A stretch of DNA of 44,973 nt from Gammaproteobacteria bacterium. GTDB taxonomy: Bacteria; Pseudomonadota; Gammaproteobacteria; SpSt-1174. The stretch covers positions 1 through 44,973 of the forward strand of contig JAJLKJ010000026.1 of NCBI GenBank assembly GCA_033839185.1. Reading direction: 5' to 3'. Numbering within the stretch: position 1 is the first letter of the stretch; the number at the start of each line of letters is the position of its first letter. Position numbers and translations under genes: made by a program. The notes under the pieces are model-generated. The model was not told the origin of the DNA. It did no database searches and worked only from the letters and a program-made list of their open reading frames with translations. Of the stretch, positions 34,458 through 43,545 are shown piece after piece.

Positions 34458-37373
34458 ATGTCCAGACCGCCCAAGCAGCCGCCCTTTCCCTACATCCCCG
34501 CCCTCGACCCCGCCGAGTTCGAGAAGACCTGGCAGGATGCGCCGCGCCTGCTCGCCGCCCTCAACGGTGCGAACCTGGGCGCCTGGTACTGGGATATCGA
34601 GAGCGGCAAGGTCAACTGGTCGCGCGGCGCCCAGGCGCTGTTCGGCCTGGACCCGAAGAATCCGCTGGAACAGCGCGTCGACTACATCGAGCTGATCCCC
34701 GAGGAAGACCGCACCAAGGTACAGCAGCTGTTCCGGCAGGTGCTGGAAGGCCAGCCGATTGTCGAGGCCCTGCGCCACCGCATCCGCTGGCCCGACGGCA
34801 GCCTGCACTGGCTGGAGATCAGCGGCCGGCCGCAACTGGACGCCAGCGGCCGCAAACAGGTATTCGGGGTGATCCGCGACATCACCCAGCAGCAGGAGCA
34901 GGAACTGGCCCTGCGCGACAGCCAGGAGCGCCTGACCCTGGCCCTGGACTCGGCCAACCTGGGCACCTGGGACTGGCACATTCCCAGCGGCCTGCTCTAT
35001 GCCTCGGAACGCGCCGCCAGCCTGCATGGCCTGCCCGCCGAGCCCTACCACGGCCCCTTCGCCGACTTCTTCGAACGCGTCCCGGCGGCGGACCAGAAAC
35101 TGATGCGCCAGGCCTATCGCGACGCCTGCGCCGGCATCCAGCGCGAATACCAGGTGACCTACCGCACCCGCCTGAAAAACGGCTACACCCGCTACCTGGA
35201 AAGCACCGCCAAGCTCTACCGCGACAGCCAGGAGCAGCCGCTGCGCATGGCCGGCATCCTCATGGACATCACCGAGCGGGTGCTGCGCGAGCAGCGCCTG
35301 GCCTCCTCCGAGGAGAAGTTCGTCACCCTGTTCCAGGCCAGCCCCGAGCCCATCTGCGTGTCGCGCATCCGCGACGGCGTGTTCGTCGAGGTCAACCCCA
35401 GCTTCTGCCAGGTGTTCGGCTGGCAACCCGAGCAGATAGTCGGGCGCAGCGCCCCAGAGCTGCGTTTCTGGGTCGACGAGCGACAGCGTGACCAGCTGTT
35501 CGCCAAGCTGAACCAGCAACAGGGCCTCAACAACGAGGTGGCGCGCTTCCGCACCAAGGGTGGCCATGAGCTGACCTGCGTGATCTCCAGCCGCTTCATC
35601 CGCGTCGAACGCCAGCTGTGCATCACCACCACCTTCCGCGACATCACCGAACGCCAGGCCGCCGAAGCCGCGCTCAAGGCCAGCCAGGAGAAGTTCGCCA
35701 AGGCCTTCCACTCCAGTCCGGACGCCATCACCATCACCGAGCGCGACTCGGGGCGCTACATCGAGGTCAACGAAGGTTTCTGTCGCCTCACCGGCTATCG
35801 CGCCGAAGAAGTCATAGGCCGCAGCTCCCTGGAACTGAATGTCTGGGCCCAGCCGGAAGAGCGCGCCCGCATGATCGAGACCCTCCAGCGCGAGGGCCGT
35901 GTCTACCACCTGGAGATGCTCGGCCAGCACCGCGATGGCAGCATCAAGCTGGTCGAGGTCTCGGTGGAGCCCATCGACCTCAACGGCATCGCCTGCCTGC
36001 TGCTCACCGCCCGCGACATCAGCGAACTGAAGGCAGCCCAGGCCCAGGTGCAGCACCTGGCCTACCACGACTCGCTGACCAACCTGCCCAACCGCGCCCT
36101 GCTGATGGACCGCCTGACCCAGCAGATCGCCCTGCTCAAGCGCCATGGCCTACACGGCGCCCTGCTGTTCCTCGACCTCGACCACTTCAAACACATCAAC
36201 GATAGCCTCGGCCATCCGGTCGGCGACGCCGTGCTGAAGATGATTACCGCGCGCCTGGAGGCCAGCGTGCGCCAGGAAGACACCGTGGCGCGCCTAGGCG
36301 GCGACGAGTTCGTGGTACTGCTGTCGGGCCTGGAGGGCAAGCGTTCGGAAGTCACCCGCCAGGTTCGCCAGGTGGCGGAAAAGCTGCGCCGCCTGCTGGC
36401 CGAGCCCATGCTGCTGGACGGCCACCGCCTGCAGGTGACGCCGAGCATCGGCATCGCCCTGCTGCCGGACCACGGCGACAACCCGACCGATCTGCTCAAG
36501 CGCGCCGACATCGCCCTGTACCGGGCCAAGGACTCCGGCCGCAACACCGTGCAGATCTTCCGCAAGGCTATGCAGGACGCCGCCAGCGAACGCCTGCGCC
36601 TGGAGAGCGACCTGCGCCTGGGCCTGGCCCGCGGCGAGTTCGAGCTGTACTTCCAGCCCCAGGTGGACGCCCGCGACGGCAGCGTGATCGGCGCCGAGGC
36701 CCTGCTGCGCTGGAGCCACCCGACCCTGGGCCAGCAGTCGCCGGCGCAGTTCATCCAGGTGCTGGAGGAAAGCGGGCTGATCCTCGAGGTCGGCGCCTGG
36801 GTGCTGGACGAGGCCTGCCATGCCTGCGCGCGCCTGATGCTCGACGGCCTGGTGCAGCGCGAGAACTTCAAGCTGTGCGTCAACATCAGTCCGCGGCAGT
36901 TCCGCCAGAACGACTTCGTCGAGCGGGTGGAGCGCGGCCTGCAACTCAGCGAGCTGCCGGCCAGCATGCTCAAGCTGGAGATCACCGAGGGCATCGTGAT
37001 CCAGAACCTGGACGACACCATCGGCAAGATGCGCCGCCTGAAGAAGCTCGGCCTGAGCTTCGCCATGGACGACTTCGGCACCGGCTACAGCTCGCTGACC
37101 TACCTCAAGCGCCTGCCGATAGACGTGCTGAAGATCGACCAGTCCTTCGTCCGCGACGCCACCAGCGACCCCAACGACGCCGAGATCATCCGCGCCATCG
37201 TCGCCATGGCACGCAGCCTCAACCTGGAGATGATCGCCGAAGGGGTGGAACAGCAGGAGCAGCTGGACTTCCTCCTGCAGCAGGGCTGCCACCAGTACCA
37301 GGGCTACCTGTTCAGCAAGCCGCTGCCCCTGGAGGCCTTCCAGAGCCTGCTGCGCAACGCCCGCCAGCGCTGA
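34458..37373 (+). CDS. Multi-PAS diguanylate cyclase/phosphodiesterase (PAS x4-GGDEF-EAL)
   Basis: Four PAS/PAC units ending in DIT/DIS, DSLTNLPNR, RxxD I-site with GGDEF, EAL, DDFGTGYSS; no TM segment. Confidence 0.95.
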   Translation: MSRPPKQPPFPYIPALDPAEFEKTWQDAPRLLAALNGANLGAWYWDIESGKVNWSRGAQALFGLDPKNPLEQRVDYIELIPEEDRTKVQQLFRQVLEGQPIVEALRHRIRWPDGSLHWLEISGRPQLDASGRKQVFGVIRDITQQQEQELALRDSQERLTLALDSANLGTWDWHIPSGLLYASERAASLHGLPAEPYHGPFADFFERVPAADQKLMRQAYRDACAGIQREYQVTYRTRLKNGYTRYLESTAKLYRDSQEQPLRMAGILMDITERVLREQRLASSEEKFVTLFQASPEPICVSRIRDGVFVEVNPSFCQVFGWQPEQIVGRSAPELRFWVDERQRDQLFAKLNQQQGLNNEVARFRTKGGHELTCVISSRFIRVERQLCITTTFRDITERQAAEAALKASQEKFAKAFHSSPDAITITERDSGRYIEVNEGFCRLTGYRAEEVIGRSSLELNVWAQPEERARMIETLQREGRVYHLEMLGQHRDGSIKLVEVSVEPIDLNGIACLLLTARDISELKAAQAQVQHLAYHDSLTNLPNRALLMDRLTQQIALLKRHGLHGALLFLDLDHFKHINDSLGHPVGDAVLKMITARLEASVRQEDTVARLGGDEFVVLLSGLEGKRSEVTRQVRQVAEKLRRLLAEPMLLDGHRLQVTPSIGIALLPDHGDNPTDLLKRADIALYRAKDSGRNTVQIFRKAMQDAASERLRLESDLRLGLARGEFELYFQPQVDARDGSVIGAEALLRWSHPTLGQQSPAQFIQVLEESGLILEVGAWVLDEACHACARLMLDGLVQRENFKLCVNISPRQFRQNDFVERVERGLQLSELPASMLKLEITEGIVIQNLDDTIGKMRRLKKLGLSFAMDDFGTGYSSLTYLKRLPIDVLKIDQSFVRDATSDPNDAEIIRAIVAMARSLNLEMIAEGVEQQEQLDFLLQQGCHQYQGYLFSKPLPLEAFQSLLRNARQR

Positions 37374-37379
37374 AACGCA

Positions 37380-37408
37380 GAAGGGCACCCGCAGGTGCCC
37401 TTCCCTTT
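37380..37408. terminator. Bidirectional terminator between the convergent GGDEF/EAL gene and ibpA
   Basis: GAAGGGCACC-CGCA-GGTGCCCTTC. Confidence 0.7.
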
Positions 37409-37424
37409 CGCTTGTGCGCGGCGA

Positions 37425-37874
37425 TCAGCCTTCCAGCACATCCTTCTGCGCCCCGATGGGGATGCGCTTGGGCTTGGCCTCTTCCGGCACTATGCGCACC
37501 AGGTCGATATTGAGCAGGCCGCTGTCGAGCGCGGCGCCCCTGACCTCGATGTGATCGGCCAGGCGGAACGACAGCTTGAAGCCGCGCTGGGCGATGCCCT
37601 GGTGCAGGTAGGTCACCTGTGCCGACTGGCGCTCGCGCTTGCCGCCGGTGACGGTGAGCACGCCACGCTCGACCTGCAGTTCGAGGTCCTCTTCGCGGAA
37701 GCCGGCGGCCGCGACTACGATGCGGTAGTGATCCTCGCCATGCTTCTCGACGTTGTAGGGCGGATAGGAGCTGGCGCTCTCGCCATTGCGCAGGGCCGAC
37801 TCGAACAGGTCGTTGAAGCGGTCGAAACCGATGGACTGGCGAAACAGCGGAGCGAGGGAAAGTACGTTGCTCAT
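37425..37874 (-). CDS. ibpA: Small heat-shock protein IbpA (Hsp20)
   Basis: IGFDRF, YPPYNVE, YLHQGIA, GLLNIDL, KPKRIPI; ATG at 37874. Confidence 0.95.
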   Translation of the reverse strand: MSNVLSLAPLFRQSIGFDRFNDLFESALRNGESASSYPPYNVEKHGEDHYRIVVAAAGFREEDLELQVERGVLTVTGGKRERQSAQVTYLHQGIAQRGFKLSFRLADHIEVRGAALDSGLLNIDLVRIVPEEAKPKRIPIGAQKDVLEG

Positions 37875-37880
37875 GGCGAT

Positions 37881-37932
37881 CTCCTGAAATATCAGCAAGT
37901 GTCGGATGCGGGACCCGACTTCGGCATCCCGC
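37881..37932 (-). ncRNA. Short two-hairpin ROSE-like RNA thermometer in the ibpA 5'UTR
   Basis: Hairpin 1 GCGGGA...UCCCGC; hairpin 2 CUUGCUGAUAUUUCAGGAG with the U(U/C)GCU motif pairing to the SD. Confidence 0.78.
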
Positions 37933-37940
37933 AGCAACAT

Positions 37941-37968
37941 AGATGGGAACCCCCACAGGGATTTCAAG
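37941..37968 (-). promoter_or_regulatory. sigma32 promoter of ibpA
   Basis: CTTGAAA-14 nt-CCCATCT. Confidence 0.8.
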
Positions 37969-37971
37969 AGC

Positions 37972-38718
37972 ATGAACAGAGTGATGCTGATCACCGGCGC
38001 CAGCCGCGGCATAGGCGCCGCCACCGCCCGCCTGGCGGCGTGCCAGGGCTACGACCTGCTGCTGAGCTACCGTCGCCAGGCCCAGGCCGCGCAGGCGCTG
38101 GTCGAGGCGATCGGCGCGGCCGGCGGGTGCGCCCATGCGGTGCAGGCCGACATCGACGACGAGGCCGACGTACTGCGCCTGTTCGCCGAGCTGGACGCGC
38201 GCTACGGCCGCCTCGATGTGCTGGTGAACAACGCCGGCATGCTGGAGCAGCAGATGCGCCTGGAGCAGATGGACGTCGCGCGCTGGCAGCGGGTGCTGAA
38301 CACCAACGTGATCGGTACCTTCCTCTGCTGCCGCGAGGCGATCGGCCGCATGTCGCGCCGCCGGGGTGGCGACGGCGGCAGCATAGTCAACCTGTCCTCC
38401 ATGGCCGCTCGCCTCGGCTCGCCGGGCGAGTACATCGACTACGCGGCGGCCAAGGGTGCGGTGGACAGCCTGACCATCGGCCTGTCCCGCGAGTTGGCGG
38501 CCGACGGCATCCGCGTCAACGCCGTGCGCCCGGGGCTGATCGACACCGACATCCACGCCGCCGGCGGCGAGCCGGGGCGCATCGAGCGGCTCAAGGGCAG
38601 CGTGCCGCTGCAGCGCGGCGGCACGCCCGAGGAAGTGGCGCAGGCGATTCTCTGGCTGGCGTCGGAGCAATCCTCCTACTGCACCGGCACCTTCATCGAC
38701 GTCAGCGGCGGCCGTTAG
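37972..38718 (+). CDS. Short-chain dehydrogenase/reductase
   Basis: [25 protein letters not shown]. Confidence 0.94.
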   Translation: MNRVMLITGASRGIGAATARLAACQGYDLLLSYRRQAQAAQALVEAIGAAGGCAHAVQADIDDEADVLRLFAELDARYGRLDVLVNNAGMLEQQMRLEQMDVARWQRVLNTNVIGTFLCCREAIGRMSRRRGGDGGSIVNLSSMAARLGSPGEYIDYAAAKGAVDSLTIGLSRELAADGIRVNAVRPGLIDTDIHAAGGEPGRIERLKGSVPLQRGGTPEEVAQAILWLASEQSSYCTGTFIDVSGGR

Positions 38719-39680
38719 GCGCTGTGTTTCACAGTCTCGGGCACACCGAGTAGCCGGTCGAGGCGCTGGCAGTCGTTCTCCCGGCGAATCTCGGCGAACA
38801 GCGCCACCGCCTCCGGATAGCTGCGGGTGAGCATGGCCAGCCACTGCTTGAGCCGCCCCGGCGCATAGCGCGGCGCCAGCTTGCCGCGCGCCTGCCGCCA
38901 GAAGTCCTGGAGCAGCGGCAGCAGCTCCTCCCAGCTCATCGGCACGACTTCCCGGCCGGCGCGGGCGGCGGCGATCTGCCGGGCCAGGTCGGGGCGCGAC
39001 ACCAGGCCGCGGCCGAGCATGATGTGCTCGGCACCGCTGACCGCGCGACAGCGGCGCCAGTCGTCGACCGTCCAGATCTCGCCGTTGGCGTACACCGGCA
39101 CGGCGACCGCCTCCTGCACCCGCGCCACCCATTCCCAGTGGGCCGGCGGCTTGTAGCCGTCGACCTTGGTTCGCGCATGCACCACCAGCTTGGCCGCCCC
39201 GCCCTCGGCCAGGGCGCGAGCGCAGTCCAGGGCGCCGTCCGGGCTGTCGAAGCCCAGGCGCATCTTGGCGGTGACCGGAATCTCCGCCGGCACGGCGCGG
39301 CGCACCTCGCGCACAATGGCGTGCAGCAGTTCCGGCTCCTTGAGCAGCACGGCGCCGCCACGCGACTTGTTCACCGTCTTGGCCGGGCAGCCGAAGTTGA
39401 GGTCGATCACCGGCGCACCCAGGCTGCAGGCGAAGGCGGCGTTGTCGGCCAGGCAGCTGGGGTCGGAGCCGAGCAGTTGCACGCGCATCGGCGTGCCGGC
39501 GCGGGTGCGCGCGCCGGCGGCCAGCTCGGGCGCCAGCTTGCGGAAGGCGGCCTCAGGCAGCAGGCGGTCGCAGACGCGGATGAACTCGGTGACGCACCAG
39601 TCGATGCCGCCGACTCGGGTCAGCACATCGCGCAGGATCTCGTCGACCAGCCCCTCCATGGGGGCCAGGGCGATTTGCAT
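38715..39680 (-). CDS. dusC: tRNA-dihydrouridine synthase (DusC-like)
   Basis: [33 protein letters not shown]; ATG at 39680. Confidence 0.9.
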   Translation of the reverse strand: MQIALAPMEGLVDEILRDVLTRVGGIDWCVTEFIRVCDRLLPEAAFRKLAPELAAGARTRAGTPMRVQLLGSDPSCLADNAAFACSLGAPVIDLNFGCPAKTVNKSRGGAVLLKEPELLHAIVREVRRAVPAEIPVTAKMRLGFDSPDGALDCARALAEGGAAKLVVHARTKVDGYKPPAHWEWVARVQEAVAVPVYANGEIWTVDDWRRCRAVSGAEHIMLGRGLVSRPDLARQIAAARAGREVVPMSWEELLPLLQDFWRQARGKLAPRYAPGRLKQWLAMLTRSYPEAVALFAEIRRENDCQRLDRLLGVPETVKHSA

Positions 39681-39773
39681 GAAGTTATCCAGGAAAAGGG
39701 GCGCACAGTTTAAGGCGGCACCCGCGCAGCGCAAGATGGGCCACACTGCAGGGGACCAATGGAGGGACTCGCC

Positions 39774-40169
39774 ATGCCGCACCGCACGCTACTCGCCCTG
39801 TGCCTGCTCTGCGCCAGCGTCCAGGCCGCCGAACCGCTGCCGCGCGGCGTCCACCTGCAGCCGCCGGAACCGGCGCCGGGCGAGCCGGGCCGACTGATCT
39901 TCAGCCGTGACGGCAACGCGCCCAATGCCTGCAATGTGGAGCTGTATGTGAACCGGGTAGTGGCGGCAAGCCTGGGGCCGGGGGAGCGCACCGCCCTCGA
40001 CCTGCCCAGTGGCCGGGTCAGCCTGGCGGTGGCCATCTCCGCCGCCGGCTATTGCGGCGGCCAGGGGCCCGGGCCCACGCAGTCGGTGCTGCTGGGCCCG
40101 GGGGAGACGCGGCAGTTCGCGATCATCGTCGAGCCGGGCCAGGTGTTCCTCGCCCCGCTACTGAACTAG
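39774..40169 (+). CDS. Small exported hypothetical protein
   Basis: Signal peptide ending VQA, GGAGG RBS, two Cys in the mature part. Confidence 0.7.
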   Translation: MPHRTLLALCLLCASVQAAEPLPRGVHLQPPEPAPGEPGRLIFSRDGNAPNACNVELYVNRVVAASLGPGERTALDLPSGRVSLAVAISAAGYCGGQGPGPTQSVLLGPGETRQFAIIVEPGQVFLAPLLN

Positions 40170-40615
40170 AGCTGCAGCGGATAGGGCTCCAGCAGCGCCC
40201 GACCATAGCCCTCGACGAACTCTGCCGGCATGCGCTTGGGCTTGCCGCTGGACAGTTCGATGCAGACGAAGGTGGTCTGCGCCCGCAGCAGCGTGGTGGC
40301 ATCGGCCGGGCGCCACAGCTGGAAGCGCCGGGTCATCTTCAGCCTGTGGTCGGACTCGACGATCCAGGTGGCCATCTGCAGCTCCTCGCCCTCGTAGGCG
40401 CTGGCCAGGTAGTCGATCTCGTGGCGCAGCACCGCCATGGCGCGATCCAGACGGCGGTACTCGGCCAGGTCCAGCCCCAGGTGTTGCGAGTGGCGCCAGG
40501 CGCAGCGCTCCAGCCAGCTGACGTAGACGGCGTTGTTGGCATGCCCCAGGCCGTCGATGTCGTCGGCGCCGACCTGCAGGTCGATGACGAAAGGCGTTGG
40601 CAAGTCCCAGCTCAC
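40166..40615 (-). CDS. Acyl-CoA thioesterase (4HBT/YbgC hot-dog fold)
   Basis: DIDGLGHANNAVY, HEIDYL; GTG overlaps the eda stop. Confidence 0.9.
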   Translation of the reverse strand: MSWDLPTPFVIDLQVGADDIDGLGHANNAVYVSWLERCAWRHSQHLGLDLAEYRRLDRAMAVLRHEIDYLASAYEGEELQMATWIVESDHRLKMTRRFQLWRPADATTLLRAQTTFVCIELSSGKPKRMPAEFVEGYGRALLEPYPLQL

Positions 40616-41262
40616 GGCTTGACCTCCACACTGGCCGCCAGGGCGCGGGCCTCGCTGGCCAGCTGGGTGATCTGGTCCCAGGCGCGGGCGCGGATCAGGT
40701 TGTCCGGGGCGATCCAGGTACCGCCGACACAGGCCACGTTGGGCAGGCGCAGGAAACTCAGCAGGTTGTCCGCGGTGATGCCGCCGGTGGGGCAGAAACG
40801 GATGCCGGTAAACGGCCCCTTGAAGCTCTTCAGCATCTTCACGCTGGTATTGCCGTTGGCCGGGAACAGCTTCAGCGAGCGGTAGCCGTATTCCAGGGCC
40901 AGCAACACTTCCGAAGGCGTCATCACCGCCGGCAGGTAGGGCAGCCCCGAGTCATCGGCCGCCGCCGCCAGGCGCTCGGTGCAGCCCGGGCTGACGGCGA
41001 ACTGTGCGCCGGCATCGCGAGCCTCCTGGAATTGCTCGGCATGAATCACCGTACCCGCCCCCACCAGCAGCTGCGGCAGTTCCTGGCGAATCGCCGCCAG
41101 GGCATCCAGGGCGCGCGGCGTGCGCAGGGTGACTTCGAGCACCTCGACGCCGCCGGCATAGAGCGCACGCGCCAGGTCCACCGCCAGCGCGCAATCCTCG
41201 ATCACCAGCACCGGCAGCACCGGGCGCGCACGCTGCAGCACCACATCCATCGTCAGGCCCAT
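40612..41262 (-). CDS. eda: KDPG/KHG aldolase
   Basis: LEVTLRT, VGAGTV, FAVSPG, KLFPA, FCPTGGI. Confidence 0.92.
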   Translation of the reverse strand: MGLTMDVVLQRARPVLPVLVIEDCALAVDLARALYAGGVEVLEVTLRTPRALDALAAIRQELPQLLVGAGTVIHAEQFQEARDAGAQFAVSPGCTERLAAAADDSGLPYLPAVMTPSEVLLALEYGYRSLKLFPANGNTSVKMLKSFKGPFTGIRFCPTGGITADNLLSFLRLPNVACVGGTWIAPDNLIRARAWDQITQLASEARALAASVEVKP

Positions 41263-41389
41263 GTCATCTCCCCCTCACCAAACGGCATTGGCTGCTGTGA
41301 CGGCGCCCACTGGCCGCGAAGCACAACTTCGGCGCGGTGGGCACATGGCAGGGAGTGTACCGCGTTAGGGCCGGCGTAGCGCCTGGCAC

Positions 41390-42244
41390 TCAGGATGCGG
41401 CAGCCAGTATGCGGCGGTTGGCGGCGCCCTGCAGATCGGCGCTGCCGAGCAGCTCCAGCACCGCTTCGACCACCTGCCGATCGCCCAGCGGCTTGCTGTG
41501 GCCACCTCGCTCCAGGCGCAGCAGGCGGCTGCCGGGCCAGGCCGCGTGGATGTTCTGCGCCTCACCAAAGGGCACTATGGGATCGTCCTCGGCGTGCACC
41601 ACCAGCCCGGGGAAATCCAGGCGATAACGCTCCACATCGAGCTGCGCAGCCGGCATGCCGGCGCTCTGTTCGACCATGCGCACGAAGCGCGCCCGCGCCT
41701 GCCGGGGCAACCCGACGAAGTGGGCGAAGCGCCGCAGCGCACCGAGGATGCGCGCCGGCGCGGCGATGGTCACCAGCGTCTCGGTGCGCAGGCCGAGCTG
41801 GGTCGCCAGCAAGGCACTGGCGCCACCCAGCGAATGGCCGATCACCGCCTTCAGCGGCGGCAGCTCTCCGGCCGCCTCCAACAGGGCACGAGCGAACAGC
41901 ACCACATTGGCCTCGTGCCCCGGCGAGCGCCCATGGGCCGGTGCATCCAGGGCGACCACACCATAGCCGGCACGCACCAGGGCGCGAATCAGCTCGGCAA
42001 ACTGGGTCGAACGACCTTCCCAGCCGTGCAACAGCAGCACCGCCGGCCCCTGCCCCCAGCGCAAGGCAGACAAACCGAAGCGCAGGGTGACGCGCTCGGC
42101 CTCCGCCAGCAGCGGCAACTCCCAGTCGCGCGGCGGCAGTTCGCGCGGCGTCAGAAAGGCCCGGTGCATCTTGCTGGCCGCGAGATCCGGGGCCAGGCGA
42201 CCAACCGTGGCGTTGAAGCCACGAATCCAGCTCATAGCACTCAT
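41390..42244 (-). CDS. Alpha/beta hydrolase
   Basis: LLHGWEG, DAPAHG, GHSLG nucleophile elbow, Asp (EDD) and His (GGH). Confidence 0.9.
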   Translation of the reverse strand: MSAMSWIRGFNATVGRLAPDLAASKMHRAFLTPRELPPRDWELPLLAEAERVTLRFGLSALRWGQGPAVLLLHGWEGRSTQFAELIRALVRAGYGVVALDAPAHGRSPGHEANVVLFARALLEAAGELPPLKAVIGHSLGGASALLATQLGLRTETLVTIAAPARILGALRRFAHFVGLPRQARARFVRMVEQSAGMPAAQLDVERYRLDFPGLVVHAEDDPIVPFGEAQNIHAAWPGSRLLRLERGGHSKPLGDRQVVEAVLELLGSADLQGAANRRILAAAS

Positions 42245-42284
42245 CTTGTGTCTCCTCATCTCACGACCCGCCACGCGGGCACAC

Positions 42285-42824
42285 TCACACCACCGCCGAC
42301 TTGGCGGCACGCAGAACTCGGTCGGACAACTCGCCATCGCCCAGGGCACGCGCCAGGGACAGGCCACCGATCATCAGGGCCAGGTCGGCCAGCACCTGGT
42401 CGGCCTCTTCGGGGCTGCCGGCCAGCTCCGCCACCATCAGCTCGACATGCTCGGTCAGCACGGCCCGGAACGGCTCCGGCAAACGGCCCATCTCAGCCAG
42501 CGCGCTCAGCAGCGGACAGGCATCGGTGCCGGCATCGCGATGCTTGCGCGACAGGTAGAAGGCCGCCGTCAGCACCCGGCGCTCCTCGGCACCCAGGCTG
42601 TCATCCAGCTGCCGCAGCAGTTGCCGACGACGCGCGAGCAACTGGCCAAAGGCTTCCAGCATCAGCGCTTCCTTGCTCTCGAAATGGCCGTAGAAGCCGC
42701 CAACGGTGAGCCCGGCCGCGCCCATCACCTCGCCGACACTGGGCTCCCGCGGGCCACGCCGGATCAGCGCGGCGGTGGCGGCATCGAGGATGCGTCCACG
42801 GGTCCTGACCTTTTTCTCGTGCAT
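42285..42824 (-). CDS. TetR/AcrR-family regulator
   Basis: RILDAA, VMGAAGLTVGGFYGHFESKEAL HTH; ATG at 42824 with GGAGG RBS. Confidence 0.93.
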   Translation of the reverse strand: MHEKKVRTRGRILDAATAALIRRGPREPSVGEVMGAAGLTVGGFYGHFESKEALMLEAFGQLLARRRQLLRQLDDSLGAEERRVLTAAFYLSRKHRDAGTDACPLLSALAEMGRLPEPFRAVLTEHVELMVAELAGSPEEADQVLADLALMIGGLSLARALGDGELSDRVLRAAKSAVV

Positions 42825-42839
42825 GGCGGCCTCCATCAG

Positions 42840-42867
42840 ATTATGGTCTTAATATTATGACCATAAT
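42840..42867. promoter_or_regulatory. 28-bp palindromic operator upstream of TetR
   Basis: ATTATGGTC-T-TAATATTA-T-GACCATAAT; a perfect dyad except for one pair. Confidence 0.8.
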
Positions 42868-42931
42868 TAAATAACGCAAGCCGCTTTAGCGACCGCTCGT
42901 CGCGGGCCGTCAGGAAAGATTCGGGAGGTAG

Positions 42932-42965
42932 AAAAACAAAAGGGCCATTCCGAAGAATGACCCTT
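42932..42965 (-). terminator. Intrinsic terminator of the tRNA-Ala/Glu operon
   Basis: AAGGGUCAUUC-UUCG-GAAUGGCCCUU followed by UUGUUUUU. Confidence 0.85.
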
Positions 42966-42991
42966 GAAGTCCGCAAAACGCGGAAAGAAAG

Positions 42992-43067
42992 TGGCGTCCC
43001 CTAGGGGACTCGAACCCCTGTTACCGCCGTGAAAGGGCGGTGTCCTAGGCCACTAGACGAAGGGGAC
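42992..43067 (-). tRNA. tRNA-Glu(UUC)
   Basis: GTCCCCTTCGTCTAGTGG...CCTTTCACG...GGGGACGCCA. Confidence 0.97.
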
Positions 43068-43115
43068 AAAACCTTCGAAGAACAAGGCCAGCGCTAGGCT
43101 GGCCTTGTCAGTGAT

Positions 43116-43191
<76 letters not shown>

Positions 43192-43234
43192 GGATTTTGC
43201 GTCTCTCGACGTGCAGTGCAAGCACTGCGTGAAG

Positions 43235-43310
43235 TGGCGTCCCCTAGGGGACTCGAACCCCTGTTACCGCCGTGAAAGGGCGGTGTCCTAGGCCACTAGA
43301 CGAAGGGGAC
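43235..43310 (-). tRNA. tRNA-Glu(UUC), second copy
   Basis: Same sequence as 42992-43067. Confidence 0.97.
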
Positions 43311-43357
43311 AAAACCTTCATTTACCCGAATGCGCTGGAATTCATTCGGTGGCAATT

Positions 43358-43433
<76 letters not shown>

Positions 43434-43451
43434 GTCGCTTGGACGGGGCGC

Positions 43452-43480
43452 ATATTAGGTTCGAGGGCCCATGCTGTCAA
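43452..43480 (-). promoter_or_regulatory. sigma70 promoter of the Ala-Glu-Ala-Glu tRNA operon
   Basis: TTGACA-17 nt-TAATAT-GCGCCCC discriminator, with AT-rich UP-like DNA upstream. Confidence 0.8.
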
Positions 43481-43545
43481 CACTATTTTTCATTCGACTC
43501 GAATATTTTTCGTCGAAAGAACAAACACTTACCCTCGAACCCTGC

